DNA of 63,950 nt, counting the filler, from Octopus bimaculoides (Eukaryota): the NCBI RefSeq assembly GCF_001194135.2. It is 5 parts of 5 records of this genome, joined end to end, with 100 filler letters (N's around TTAATTAATTAA, not from the genome) between each part and the next. Parts side by side here need not be neighbours in the genome. Positions count along the whole stretch, not along the records: positions 1 to 29,241 come from NC_068982.1; 4 more parts are not named here. The stretch is one strand, 5' to 3'. Shown in pieces: positions 12,030 through 24,040 of this stretch (its first letter is position 1; each line of letters starts with the position of its first letter). Made by a program: the position numbers and the translations under genes. The notes beneath the pieces were generated by a model that searched no databases, had not been told where the DNA came from, and was given only the letters and a program-made list of their open reading frames with translations.

Positions 12030-12600
12030 TATAATTATGGAGTGAATTGTTTGCATAGTCTAAAATTGGTTATATGTTCATTTTCAATTGCATTTAGTGT
12101 TTTCAATAAATGTAGACTTTTCAATTGTTGGTGTATGGAAATTTGTTTATTGCTTTGGTATATTTTGAAGTTTGCTTGGACATTCACCGTACATGTCTTT
12201 ACGTGCTCGCTTAATGGTATTTGTCTACATCTGAGGAAACGGATACGTTTCCTTTGCAGTGTTGTTCTACGCCTGAAAAACCTTTTTGTTTGCTCTATAT
12301 AGTTGTGGCCACATCCTGAACGAGTTAGGATGTAGATTTAGTTTTCAGATACACAGGTAAGCTCTTTCTCATTCTTTGACCTTCTGGAATTCCAGACCTT
12401 TCTGTAGGTAAGGACATATTCCACAGCTACGTCGCCCCCATTTTGTAACAATTGGTTTTGTTGTTGTTGGGTATAATTTCGTACCTGTCTATATTCTCTT
12501 TCGTGATTGTGCTTTTTTGTTTGTTCTTTGTATTCTTTTGTTTCTTTCTTTGTTTGATTTTGATTTTTGATGAATTCGTGTGTGCAGACAATTTGGTTTT
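12030..12600 (-). mobile_element. Penelope-like element, GIY-YIG endonuclease fragment
   Basis: Frameshifted translation VTKWGRRSCGICPYLQKG..LTCVSEN*IYILTRSGCGHNYIEQTKRF..RQIPLSEHVKTC; same family as the 21.4-21.9 kb fragment. Confidence 0.75.
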
Positions 12601-12649
12601 ATCTTAGAGTCCCTATCGAGCATAGATAAATCTTGAATAATAGTGTTAT

Positions 12650-12850
12650 ATGCCTCGCTGGACTAAATTCTTAGCGGTAGGTATTTCGCCCGTCACTACG
12701 TTCTAAGTTCAAATTCCGCCGAGATCGACTTTGCTTTTCATCCGAGTCGATAAATTAATTACAAGTGAAACACAGGGATCGATGTAATCGACAAGTCCTC
12801 TCTCCACTGATTTCATGCGTTGTGCTTTTAGTAGAAATTATTATTATTAT
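12650..12850 (+). mobile_element. tRNA-derived SINE (degenerate)
   Basis: B-box-like GTTCAAATTCC, body gtcgactttgcttttcatcc..gtcgataaa..gatcgatgtaatcgac, (ATT)n tail; related copies at 40.5 and 42.6 kb. Confidence 0.7.
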
Positions 12851-13621
12851 TGATGTGGTAGAATCATAAGAGCGTTGGCATAAACCCTAACGCTATTTCT
12901 CCAAACTTGTTACCTTCTGAGTTCAAATTCTTGCGATGCAATCTTTGACTTGCATGCCTGCATTTCCTTCAATCTCAAGATCTGTACCAATATATTATAG
13001 GTGCTACTCTTCCTACAATGACAACACCATGAAACGATCAACTCGACTATGAATCAACATATTTTTGGTTCTAAGGGAAGGACTGAAACTACATAGACAA
13101 GTATATTTTAAGGATTATTTAAAGTGCTTGTTATATATTGAAATACAAAGGAAAGACATCTGCATTTCATGAGTAACTCTGTAGATTTTGTGAAACAGTG
13201 TGAAATACTGGAGCAGAGACCTTAAATGTTACTGGTGACAAAAGATGTTGGTTTACTTCTATGAGCGATTAAGTGCTTATGAATGAATTACTATGCTGAA
13301 GATATACACAATATGTTTAATTAGCATATATTTCGCTTCTTTCGGTTTTACAAACAATCTATTTTCACATATGTATGTGTTCATGTCCTGCTGTATTTTT
13401 GCTTGTGTGTATGTATGTGTGTGTGTGCGTGCGGGCGTGCGGGCGTGCATGTGTGTTTTTACATACATATAAATATACATATATAAACATGCATACATAT
13501 AGCGAGAGTGAGAGAGAGGGAGATGTAAAGACGCATATGTGTATAGAAACACATACATGAATACACATATATACATATAGATACTCACACACACTCGCAT
13601 ACGTACTTGCCTGTGTGTGTA

Positions 13622-13674
<53 letters not shown>

Positions 13675-15583
13675 GAGAGAGAGTGTGTGTGAGCATATTG
13701 ATGCATATGGCATTGTTTCTTATGAAACGTTATTAATAAAATAGTTGCATGAAACGCTTTTTAATACAACTCATACATGAAAAGCTTGAAAAGCACGAGT
13801 AAGATGCATTGTTGTACAGTATATTAACGGAATTGTGCTTCAGCTTTTGAGAAATAACATCAAACAACTTGCAGTTCAATGAATAAGCAAACGAAAATTA
13901 TATCACATCAATGATGGCATAGAAAAATTCATTAAGGCGCACATAAAATCTCTCTGGGTATATTCTATAGTTGAAATTTAGATTAATGCAGTTCTTTGAA
14001 AGAGAATTATTATCCTACTTTTCATCTTAATGTATTGTTCCCATGAACTCATATATTTTTATCAAGAAGGCAAGTGTCAAATCTAAGGGGATCACTCTTT
14101 TAAATATCAAGACAATTATATCATTGAGGGAAAATGCAGAATGTATATGTAGTTGAAAGTGGCAACGGTGAAGTAAAAGGAAATCCAAAACAATGTTTGA
14201 TGATAACACAAGTGAAGCATCAGGAAATTTCTAAGACAGATAACTAAAAATAAAGGATCATAGAAAATACGATATCCACAAAGGCAATTCCGTTCCAATA
14301 CCGAGTTATCTTACAGCTTTCTTTCAGAGAATAATAAACAAATTTAATGAAGCTGATAGGTATATTGGAAAGTAATTAACTATGTTGTATGCACTTGTAA
14401 AACAATACATCTTAGTCCTATAATGAAAGTTACAGAGTGGCTGATCAACTTTACAGATAATAAAATTACCTACTATATCATAAGGGATATATGTTAGAAA
14501 ACTATTAAAGGAAACTAGCGTAAAACGGGGTAGTTGATTTGAAAGTGAAAGCATAAAAATAGGAAATTCTATCAAAATCAAATGATAATCAGTCGATTTT
14601 TTTTCCACAAATTTTCTCATAACATTGCATTCCCAAGCGGATCTATTGACCTTCGGGTTAAAGAGATCATTTCCGTTTAGGCTAACACTTCGATGCATTT
14701 GAATAATCATACAGAATTATTCACCTATGTTCTTGTAACCACAAAACTCATAATTTATTTATTAGCAAAGGGTTAATGTTAGGTATAAATAATTAGATTT
14801 TAATTGGAATTGTTCGGCTGGTGATTATCATAACTGAACATCAGTCACACTTCTATCCCTATAAAGTGATGCGTGATGCAAACAACGTAGGAAACTAATT
14901 TTATGATCAACTAAAAAAGTAACGATACACAATTATATCATGTTCGTATAAACAATCGTCTGCAAGACGTTTGCCCATTTGGTTCCATCCTATGTAAATA
15001 TTATATTGACATGCTTTATACATTCTTCATCTTTATTTTTCACTGGTCTCAATTAGTAGAATGAGACTACTCTACGAAACACTTTAAAGGCATTTCGTCA
15101 GTCATACCCAAGGCAGTCCATAATCTTGTACTTTCTTTGTTAATCATTTGAAGAGACGGCATGTAAAAGAATGAAACCAGTACGGCTCAAAATATTGCAA
15201 GTTATGTTATCCTTGCTTTCACAAAACGTTTCTATTTCCGTACCAAACAGATATGTTTATATACATATATATATATATATATGTATGTATGTATGTATAT
15301 ATAGTTCAAATTTACACAAAAAGCTAAAGAAGAAATCAAAAGGAACAACAAGCAGGTGTATTTGTTTACCGCTCGGGAAAAAAAGAAAAGTCCTTGACGT
15401 TTTGAGTTCATTTGAGCTTGTTCGGGTGGTGTGTGCACGGGTGCATGTGTGCGTGTGTATGTGGGTGTGCATGTGTGTGTGTATGTGACCCTTTAGTGTG
15501 CATGTGTATTGTGTTTGTTTGTATACGAAAGCTCTATGTGTTTATACGTGTTGCGTTTGTGTGTGTGCATTGTCTGTGTTCAG

Positions 15584-15651
15584 GCGTTTGGCTGGTCCCT
15601 GCGCGGTTTTCTTTCAAAAATGTAACTGACACGAGTGTGGTTGACCTGAAA
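15584..15651 (+). other. Isolated exon-like segment (xGVWLVPARFSFKNVTDTSVVDLK)
   Basis: Acceptor tgtctgtgttcag, donor AAA|gtatgt, only one open frame; no partner exons established. Confidence 0.2.
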
Positions 15652-16330
15652 GTATGTTGAAAGGCGTTTACAAATGTTCCTCACAAGAAAATCAAAATGC
15701 GGACTGTACATCTGCAAAGTGAACTTCTAAAGCAAACAACCCTACGTTTCGAATGAGGGTATGAAGCACTGTGTAAATAATTTCACATATGTATATCATT
15801 ACTGATATAACTGTAAGGTTTAACAATAAGAAATTCTACTGCCGAAAACGTAACATCCAGAAAATAGAGCAGTCACGAAATTTGAATTTAACCATTCAAA
15901 TGTAAATGCGTGTTCCGATAAAGAGTATCCTTGAATCAGGGATCAATAATTTCTCATTCTTTTGTCTTCTGCAACTGTTTCTGCTCAGTCAATTGCTGGC
16001 GCTGTAAGAAGATACTGCAGTAAAAGCATCAATAATTGACTTGCTTCAAGGAATACTGATGTTGCTGTCATTAATCATGTCTTACTTTATCTTTCTATTT
16101 TAATTTCATTTCTCACCCAAAATAATTCAAAGAATATATGAATGTATTGTACATAAAGAGACATAAATGAACAGCACATGGCTGAGGAGCAACCACACAA
16201 CTTGAGTCCTCATTATACATTCCATAGTACCCCCAATATGATTTCAAGCCCACATTGTAGAACAGACAAACACATGACGTGCACTGAGACGCCGCTTTGT
16301 TTAGAAAATTTTGTAGCCTTCTTCACTCAC

Positions 16331-16497
16331 GTTAACTCAAAAGAGGTTCACGGCAACAGGATACTGCTGCTGCTGCTGCTGCTGCATATATCTATGGGCC
16401 TGAGGAGTTCATTTAGTTTCGGGCATGTTTCGTATTCGCCAGTTCTTGAGAACGTAAACGATGTGATCTCTTCTGTGTTTTCAGAGTAGAGAATATC
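16331..16497 (-). CDS. Candidate gene B, downstream exon (DILYSENTEE...CSSSSSSSILLP*)
   Basis: Strong acceptor ctgttgtttttag; only the phase-0 frame stays open (49 codons, TGA at 16350-16348); strong donor AAC|gtgagt at 16330; further acceptor tcttcttacag before 16001. Confidence 0.3.
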
Positions 16498-16595
16498 CTA
16501 AAAACAACAGTACCAGTAATTTGTTGCTACTGCTACATTGAGCATCGTTCCTTTCCTTTTGATGCAAGTAAGTCTTCAAAGTAGGAAGATATTAC

Positions 16596-16714
16596 GTAAC
16601 CCTTACAACCATATGTGTAGCAGTTGGGCTTTCGGGCTTGCGCTACTAGGCGTAAAACATTTCTCTTCTTTCTGGCCTGCGCTACTAGGCGTAAAACACT
16701 TCTCTCCTCACCAT
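16596..16714 (-). CDS. Candidate gene B core exon: (D)GEERSVLRLVAQARKKRNVLRLVAQARKPNCYTYGCKGY, peptide-precursor-like
   Basis: Part of ORF 16533-16775. Acceptor catacag at 16715 (weak pyrimidine tract), preceded 77 nt upstream by an in-phase donor AACG|gtatgt. Contains an in-frame 39-nt duplication. The 3' boundary is uncertain (donor at 16595 or 16606, or read-through to TAG 16533). Confidence 0.4.
16632..16709 (-). repeat. 39-bp (13-codon) tandem duplication
   Basis: Two copies with 5 substitutions; in the minus frame EERSVLRLVAQAR / KKRNVLRLVAQAR, with CAG/CAA and AGA/CGA synonymous. Confidence 0.9.
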
Positions 16715-17259
16715 CTGTATGGCATAGCCGAAGCCATTTTATGATTTCTTGAGTTAACAGGCTTTTAAATTCCATATTTTTAATTACATACCGTTACAGT
16801 ATGCGTTCGCGATCAACACCTACCCATGTAGAGTTACAAACGTGACGACCACCAAGAGGTCAACGGTCAAATTCCTTTCCGATATCTTTCATAGCGCCTC
16901 TTGTATTTTTCGTTCAGTGCATTTCTGGACTAGACTGGGTTATAAGCTGGGTTGCGATGCAGTTGTTCATCATGCTTCCTCACCCATTGTCAGATTAATA
17001 AACGAGATATTGTTTTCATATGATTCGCCCCGTCCAGTAGAGGAGGCACCATTCAGCATATTGACTCGGACAATTTCTTTATTTCAAGACAAGAAATCCT
17101 CTTTAAGTATGAAAATGCATTAAAAAAATGTAACATGCCTCCCTTCTTTGTGATTATGTGAGATTCATTTTCAACAAAATGAATATCAACAATATGAACA
17201 ACAGCCATTTTCTGCAAGAACTACGATTTTAACAGATAAATATGACAACACAAAAAATA

Positions 17260-17260
17260 T

Positions 17261-17313
<53 letters not shown>

Positions 17314-17340
17314 TTACTACTACTACTACTACTACTAGCA
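17260..17340 (+). repeat. (ACT)n microsatellite
   Basis: Direct inspection. Confidence 0.95.
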
Positions 17341-19458
17341 CTGTCACCACCAATATCAGCCCCTACAACAGTTATTACAATGCTATTTCATTAAGGCATA
17401 AAGCTACAAAATTGGGGAAAATAACTTTCTCGCTTTTCTATCGTTTATATCTTTTGTTTTCTCTTTCATTGCCATTAATGCTTCATTGAAATCATATAAT
17501 AGAAGGGAGAGGGAGAGATATGAGGTTTCGACATTTATGCATTTCTCAATTGCGTCGTAAATTATATGAACTTACGTCAACGGGAGATCGTAAACGATTT
17601 GAAAACTTGGTCAGCCATAGTAACAATAACCATTATCAAATAGTAAAAGAGGACGCAGACAAATCAGATTCACTGTTTGATAAGGCAGCACCTCCAATAC
17701 TCACCATTTTGATTACTACAAGCAGTCACTCTAATGAAACAGACATATCTGTGACATAACAGAATACATAGCAACACCGTTGTAAGCGCATTCTATTATC
17801 TACTCAGTGCAGACAAACATTAAAATAAAGTCACACACTAACGTAATCCCAATCATTGTGCTGAGATTCACACCACTAATGTTAAATGCGAAAGAAAAGT
17901 AACTGTTTCAGCCTGACTTATATATCCAGTTCCCCTGTAGTTACCTCTCGAATCCCAAATAGCACATGAACCAATTAGTCTCTACATATTCGTTCAACTT
18001 GCTAGAAACTGCAGATATATCTTCTAATCAGCCCATACCGTCTTCAAAAAGAACATGTTAGATAAGGCAATCCAAATTCCTATCATGACTATAGTAATGG
18101 TCATGGCAGTAATATCTTTAATTATAGGTCTCTTTGCTTTCAGTTAACACATGTGTAAATAACAACAGCAACAGGTATGTAGAGATAGAATGGACAATGA
18201 AGACAATACGAGCAGACTTTTCTCCTCAGATTTTACATTTATTTTCGTAGTAAACTTCAAGTAGGTGCTCAGAGAGAAAAGATTGTTGTGTGACTTTAAC
18301 TATGAATATGTGGCTCATGTATTCGTACACGTTTAGCTCTGCTCGATAAAGACTGAGCATCTGCTACTTGAGAGCACTAACCAAGACACATGCAAATACA
18401 TATCCATACATTTATGCATACATGTTTCTGTACGTTCATGTATATGTATACCTATACTGACATACAGTACGTTTTACGTGTTTTTACAACTCCTTGGTTT
18501 GTAACACCTTGGCCCAACGTTTAATACCTGGCTACTACCAAGCTCAACTATGTATTCTGTGTGTTTTATATATACTGCACCTGCTTCTAGCAGAAACTTA
18601 TTTTTTATTCCGATTTCTAGTTGTATTTTCTATATCTTCACAAACGCTTTTGTTCATTGCTCTGCCCACGTGAAAGTTTTCGCGTGTCTGTTTGTACATG
18701 TGTGTAGATTGAAATAAGCAAATAATACTCATAGCCAAAATCAACAACGTCCAAGCACCTGTATAGCCATGAATATTAATATGTGAATTAGGACTCGTGC
18801 AACGCTATAAGTGCAGTAATGTTCGTCATTGTATGAATGGAACAACCACTAATTTTGACAACGTCTTTTCTATTGCATAACATATATCCAGTTTTGTTTA
18901 TATTTTTACATTTCAAAGTCATTGTTGATGTTGTGATTATCGTTAACAAGTAGTTTACGACATTGTATTTAAAATTTTTTAGAGTTAATATTTAGATATA
19001 AGATAAAGTCTAAAAATGACTGTGAAGGTGTAAATATGATCCCTACTACGCCGTTTGTCCTCGGGACCCATAACTAATTTTCCACCACACACCAGGGGTG
19101 ATATCGCCCATTTTAAGAATCTAATATCAACATGGTCGATAAACTAGTTAAAAGGAGAACAAATTCTCCCTCATAACATACCCTTCGGCCTTCAGAAAAG
19201 AAAACAAATTGAATATTGCAAATCTAAATACAGTCTTTGTGGAACAAAAAGAAAGTCAAAAATGCTCATGGTTGATTTGTTGATCGACAGTAGTAACAGC
19301 ATTCATATTATAATTAATAATAATACTAAAAGAAACTATCGTATAAATGTGTATATAGATATACTACATAAGTGTTTGGTTACATATACACATAGACATA
19401 CACATTAACACTCAAACACACTCACCCACATACATACATACATACATACATACATACA

Positions 19459-19492
<34 letters not shown>

Positions 19493-20024
19493 ATCGACGA
19501 CGTATACCAAACAATGACATGATTAATGTAAGCGACATCAGCTGAGGTTTTAGTAATAATAGTGTAAAAAAACAAAAACAGATTATAAAATGAAAGTTGA
19601 TGAAAACAAACTATTAGAAGAGCGAGATAAAAGTAATTTGAAAGATAAGAAGACATCAGAGAAAATTGAAAGCCTGTTTGATTACTTTGGGAATTGATTT
19701 CAATTTTCAATTTATTTTTTTAATAATTGAAATGGTAGCTATCAGTCATGGACGCAGATGTCCCATTTGATGGCGGATGCCTGTTTTTGTTGTTGTGGTT
19801 GCTGATTATGTTGCTGATTTGTTGTATTTACTGCTGATTCTCTTCTGGCTCTTTCTTTCAATTGTTACTGCTGTTGTTGCTCTTTATTTAGCCTCAGGTC
19901 GAATCTGGTCGAGTAAACCTTGAATATTCTAACTATACGCACTACGTTTTCTTCATATAAAAATAAGAAACGTAGATGATGAAAATGCACTGAGAATAGT
20001 TAAAATATTTTTTTATTGATATAC

Positions 20025-20074
20025 TTGAAGCTTTAACCGGTTTCACAGTTTACACTGATTTTCAAAAGGTTCAA
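20025..20074 (-). ncRNA. Hammerhead-like motif, TTGAAAA core
   Basis: TTGAACCTT-TTGAAAA-TCAG tgtaaa CTGT-GAA-ACC GGT-T-AAAGCTTCAA; long stem I and palindromic stem III. Confidence 0.5.
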
Positions 20075-20239
20075 ATAGAAAGACGTGACTTATGTCGCAC
20101 ATGTCTTGCTTCTGACTAGTGTTTATTTATATACAATACCGCAGTAGTTACACGAGAGAGATTCTCATGTTAGCAAATTGCAACTTTTGTTTATATCACT
20201 AGTGAGGAGACACAATCCACCGTCTCCAATGCCTGTACG

Positions 20240-20284
20240 ACCAGATCTCTTGATTTCAGCCTTCCAAGATCTTGTCAATGCTGC
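20240..20284 (-). ncRNA. Hammerhead-like motif, TTGACAA core (degenerate)
   Basis: GCAGCA-TTGACAA-GATC ttggaa GGCT-GAA-ATC aaga GAT-C-TGGT; inverted homologue of 20844-20889. Confidence 0.45.
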
Positions 20285-20843
20285 ATGTCCGACCGGTAGA
20301 GATAGCAATGGTTCATCTCCGCCAGCACTATATAGAAACACAGTGCCAGAACAGGCGCTGATATCTCTAGCAGGGAGATAAATCCCAGCCGCATCCAATC
20401 AGAGATACGAGCAATTCATCTCCGCCGGCTATATATGGGATCACAGTGCTAGAAGGTTCTCTGCCTCGCGATTAGCCAGTGGGCTTATTAAAAATTATTT
20501 ATTAACGACAGCGGCAGTATTAATATCAACACGTAATGTCTATCTCCACTTAAAAGTAGTATTTTTTTTCTGTTAGAACAAACAATACTGTGGTACTTAC
20601 NNNNNNNNNNNNNNNNNNNNNNNNNNNNNNNNNNNNNNNNNNNNNNNNNNNTCATATCGGCTTTCGATGCAAAACGAACCTTTGGTTAAATATTGCCTTT
20701 TGGCATTAATACTGCTTCTGTCTCTAATAAATATTTTTTTAACAAGCCCACTAGCTGGTCGCGACAACAGTGCCTTTTCTTGCTCGGTGATTTTATATAT
20801 CACTAGCAGAAATGAATCGTAACTATCTCTTGCGGCCGGGCGT

Positions 20844-20889
20844 CCATCACTGATAAGGCCAGGTAAGGCCGAAATCACTGATCTGGTGG
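20844..20889 (+). ncRNA. Type I hammerhead ribozyme motif, CTGATAA core
   Basis: CCATCA-CTGATAA-GGCC aggtaa GGCC-GAA-ATCA c TGAT-C-TGGTGG: 6-bp stem I, 4-bp stem II, palindromic stem III, AUC triplet; position 8 is A. Confidence 0.75.
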
Positions 20890-21013
20890 TCATGGCGCTA
20901 GAGGTGGCGGGAATTTATCTCCCTGTTACCGATATAGAAAACAAAGTTATCTTGTTCCACACAGGATAATGCACTGGTATTCGATCAGATTTCTTTATTT
21001 AAAAATGTTTTTT

Positions 21014-21056
21014 CATCTTAACCGGTTTCACAGATTTCTTCCATTTTCAAATGTTG
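21014..21056 (-). ncRNA. Hammerhead-like motif, second copy of the TTGAAAA type
   Basis: CAACAT-TTGAAAA-TGGAAGAAATCTGT-GAA-ACC GGT-T-AAGATG, inside a diverged direct repeat of 20000-20130. Confidence 0.4.
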
Positions 21057-21399
21057 AGATAGAAAGACGTGGAGCTATGTTGCGACTGCCTTGCTTCTGA
21101 ATCGAATTCAAAATTGTCTTGTGTTTTATAGAGAGAACATGATTGAAATTAGTATCTGTTTTAGATACGTTTTGATTGGTCGAGAATGATCACGTAATCA
21201 GGTTTAGAAATTTTTGTAAGTTCTCCTCTACGTCCGTTCTTTGATGTTCTGTGACAATATGTTTGGCACCTTTAGTTAAAGCTGTCGCAGTTGAGCGAAA
21301 ATGTTTAGTGACAATCCCTAACAATCAGGGCTGTCTCAGATTCATCATCAAATGTAGGAAGATCTTGTGATAAGTAGTAAACTTAATGATTTTTTATGG

Positions 21400-22430
21400 T
21401 TCTCCAGTACGTCCGTGCGTTAATATGTGACTGTATTTTTTGCGTCGAAAATCAAGGGTAAAGTGGAAAACCTGGGAGACTTATTTTTTGCTCATATGGT
21501 TCACCAAGTGGCATCTGCCTCGTACTGGGTCCTCGTATTTGTTGTCTAAGGATAGTAAGCCTATTTCTAAGAGTGAATTTTGTTTGACCTATGTAATCCT
21601 CGTTACATTTAGTCGCATATATTGAATTTTTTGACGAACAGATTAAATATCTTTTTAATTATAAACATCTATCCTGGTTTAAATTTATATTTATTGTCTT
21701 CAATGAGGTTGATACAGGTCCCGCAGTAAGGGCAGCCAAACATTTTGACTTTTTGACCGTTGTGGAGGGTAATTTAGCACTGGTGAAGAGTTTCTTGTGG
21801 GGTCTTGGTCGTCTTTTGTTTTTAAACATTTTGTATATTTCGAGTGCTTGTTTCATTCTTGGGTCTTGTCTCAGGAGTGGAATGTTATGGTGAATAATGT
21901 TAAACCCTCTGTGTTTTGGTGTTTGTTTATTGTAATAAATTAGGTGTATCAGAAGTGGGGGTTTTTTTCACAATTCTTGAATATCAATTGATTTCGCATG
22001 CCCTGTTCCGTTGTTATTAACATTGACGGATATTTTCTCTCGAGCAGTTGTTTTAATTCCTGGTGTCTTTTATTACGAGTTTTAACGTTTAAAACAATTG
22101 TACAGATTTTTCTTGCTAGATTAAAAGGAAGGCATGAGGAGAATAGCAGGTATTGTTTAGAATATGTTGGATTGTAATGTATGTCAGTTTCAATGTTTTT
22201 GTCTGTTTTATGATTAGAATCTCCAGGAATGGTAGTTTAGTTTTACTGTATTCCATGGTGAAGTTGATACTACTGTTTATGCTGGTAATTAGGTTTTTGA
22301 ATGAAATAAGGCGGACAAACTTGGAAGGCCACACGGCATCTAAGCAGCGTTTCCAGTTTTCTAGTAAATATTTATGAAAGTCCAATCCATACAAAAATCA
22401 TTACATAACTTTTGTATTTAGTTTTAGTTG
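21400..22430 (-). mobile_element. Penelope-like element, RT C-terminus plus GIY-YIG (decayed)
   Basis: LISFKNLITSINSSINFTMEYSKTKLPFLEILIIK (RT), NKRRPRPHKKLFTSAKLP linker, YIGQTKFTLRNR and QIRGPSTRQMPL endonuclease remnants. Confidence 0.85.
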
Positions 22431-23339
22431 TTTCCGTCACTGGACATTAGCTTTGTAGGTGTAAACCTTTCAAGGGCTTTAGTTAATCATATCGACTAAA
22501 GTGCGTATTTCAGCCTGGTTTATAATTTATTGATCATACGCTTATCAAACTGTTGTACTGCGAAACAAAGGATCACGGCATTTAAGCATATGTATACCTG
22601 TGTGTATACACACATTATTCTGTATATGTGTGTGTGTGTGTTTGCCTTTTGTATGTTATATCAAAAGATGACTGTCTACTTTGAGTTTCGTTCATGGCTT
22701 ATCACAAGGAATTGAGTTCTATACAAGTAAACGTTTGCACCTTGAGAAATATATATGTGTGCATATTTTATAATTCCGACATTACTCATTATCGTGGGGG
22801 GGGGTGCTTGCGTGTGTGTGTGTGTGTGTGTGTGCGTGTTTGTGCGTGCGTGTGTACATATACATATATACGATCAGTTTCTGCAATAGTTTTCGTTTAC
22901 TATATTACATTTACAATGTCTTTCGGTTATCTCCAATAATATTATTCGAATCCAAGACTGCAAATTTTATATATTTAGATATGTCATAAATATTAAATCT
23001 GATTTCACACACCAAGCTGTTTCCGTACACATGAGCTGTAACACAATTATAAACTTTCGATTTATAACTTACTCCATAGAAGTGGAAAATATTTTAATAT
23101 TTACATTTACAGTAAGTTTTGATCAATTCGTGCATAGTACTTCCGGATAAGTTTCGAACGTATAACACTCATTCGAAACTATAGATTTACGCATTAGCAA
23201 TGAATCATTATCATGTATTTACACTTCTATGTCTTTCTTTGTTGGTCGTTGATGTTGGTGTTTAGTTAAGTATCAGCCTTGATGAAGAGGAGTTTTGATC
23301 GAATTCCTAACATTCATGACTACCTGCTTTTATAGGTAT

Positions 23340-24040
23340 CTTGGACTATACTTTCCAATATGTCAATGTATATTATCAAGACTGAAGCCGGACCAAATAC
23401 GCATGGTCTTTATCATAAGAAAACAAAAGTCATGGAAGTAGGAAACGAGAAAGTAGCTGTTAACATCAAAGTAGGTAGTGAGAAGCTCGAACAGGTTGAA
23501 ATGTATAAGTATCTTGGAGCCCAAATCTCTGATGAAGCAGAAAGAAATTTAGACACAACGTCCAAGGAAAAGCATTATAACATCTTGAACAGCATAAGTG
23601 TTCCAACTAAGTTAAAAACAAGGCTAATGGGAACACTCAATAAGCATTTATGGTTGCGGAGCATGGGCTCTGAACAAATTTGAAGAAAATATAATCAATG
23701 CGTTTGAGATGTGATTGTATAGGAGAATGTAACGAATCTCTTACAATGAGCCAGTGCTACAACAAGTAGATGAAATACAACTCCTGAACATAGTGAAAAA
23801 AAGCAAAAGTTCATCTATTACGACTATATTCGAAGAAGCAGAAGTTTGGTAAACAGTATCTTAGGAGGAAGAGTAAAGGGTAGTAGACCAAGAGGCAGGC
23901 AAAGAACGCAATGGATGGACAATAACATGAGCTGGCTGAACATGAGTAGCAAGGTAGGTGGAGATAACGGGTTTAATCGGGAAGACTTTCGTCGTCGCAA
24001 TATCATCAATGCGCTGCAGAAGGCGTACGAGACATAGCAA
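23340..24040 (+). mobile_element. RTE-clade LINE, 5'-truncated 3' end
   Basis: KKTKVMEVG..VGSEKLEQVEMYKYLGAQISD, INAFEM*LYRRM, ILGGRVKGSRPRGRQRTQWMDN. Confidence 0.85.

Larger units (their letters stand above)
20225..20930. repeat. Diverged inverted repeat pair (20225-20525 / 20705-20930), PLE terminal-repeat-like
   Basis: About 70% identity by eye over an ungapped 114-nt core; shared modules accagatc..tgatttc.gcctt, agtgggctt.ttaaaaa and cagggagataaat; an N gap lies between the arms. Confidence 0.75.

Noticed and set aside
17160-17490. Open frame QQNEYQQYEQQPF...poly-Thr, mucin-like
   Set aside because: It has no start codon or convincing splice sites, and its length comes from the (ACT)n microsatellite.
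20178-20893. ORFs 20178-20381 (+) and 20597-20893 (-) align at the protein level
   Set aside because: Only about 5 of 28 differing codons are synonymous; the similarity is explained by the hammerhead-bearing inverted repeat.
20893-20912. GGCGCTAGAGGTGGCGG resembling a CTCF site
   Set aside because: The spacing is two bases off the core motif, and it lies inside a repeat.
23524-23545. CTGATGAAGCAGAAAG, hammerhead-like
   Set aside because: It is RTE coding sequence (ISDEAER) with no stems I or III.
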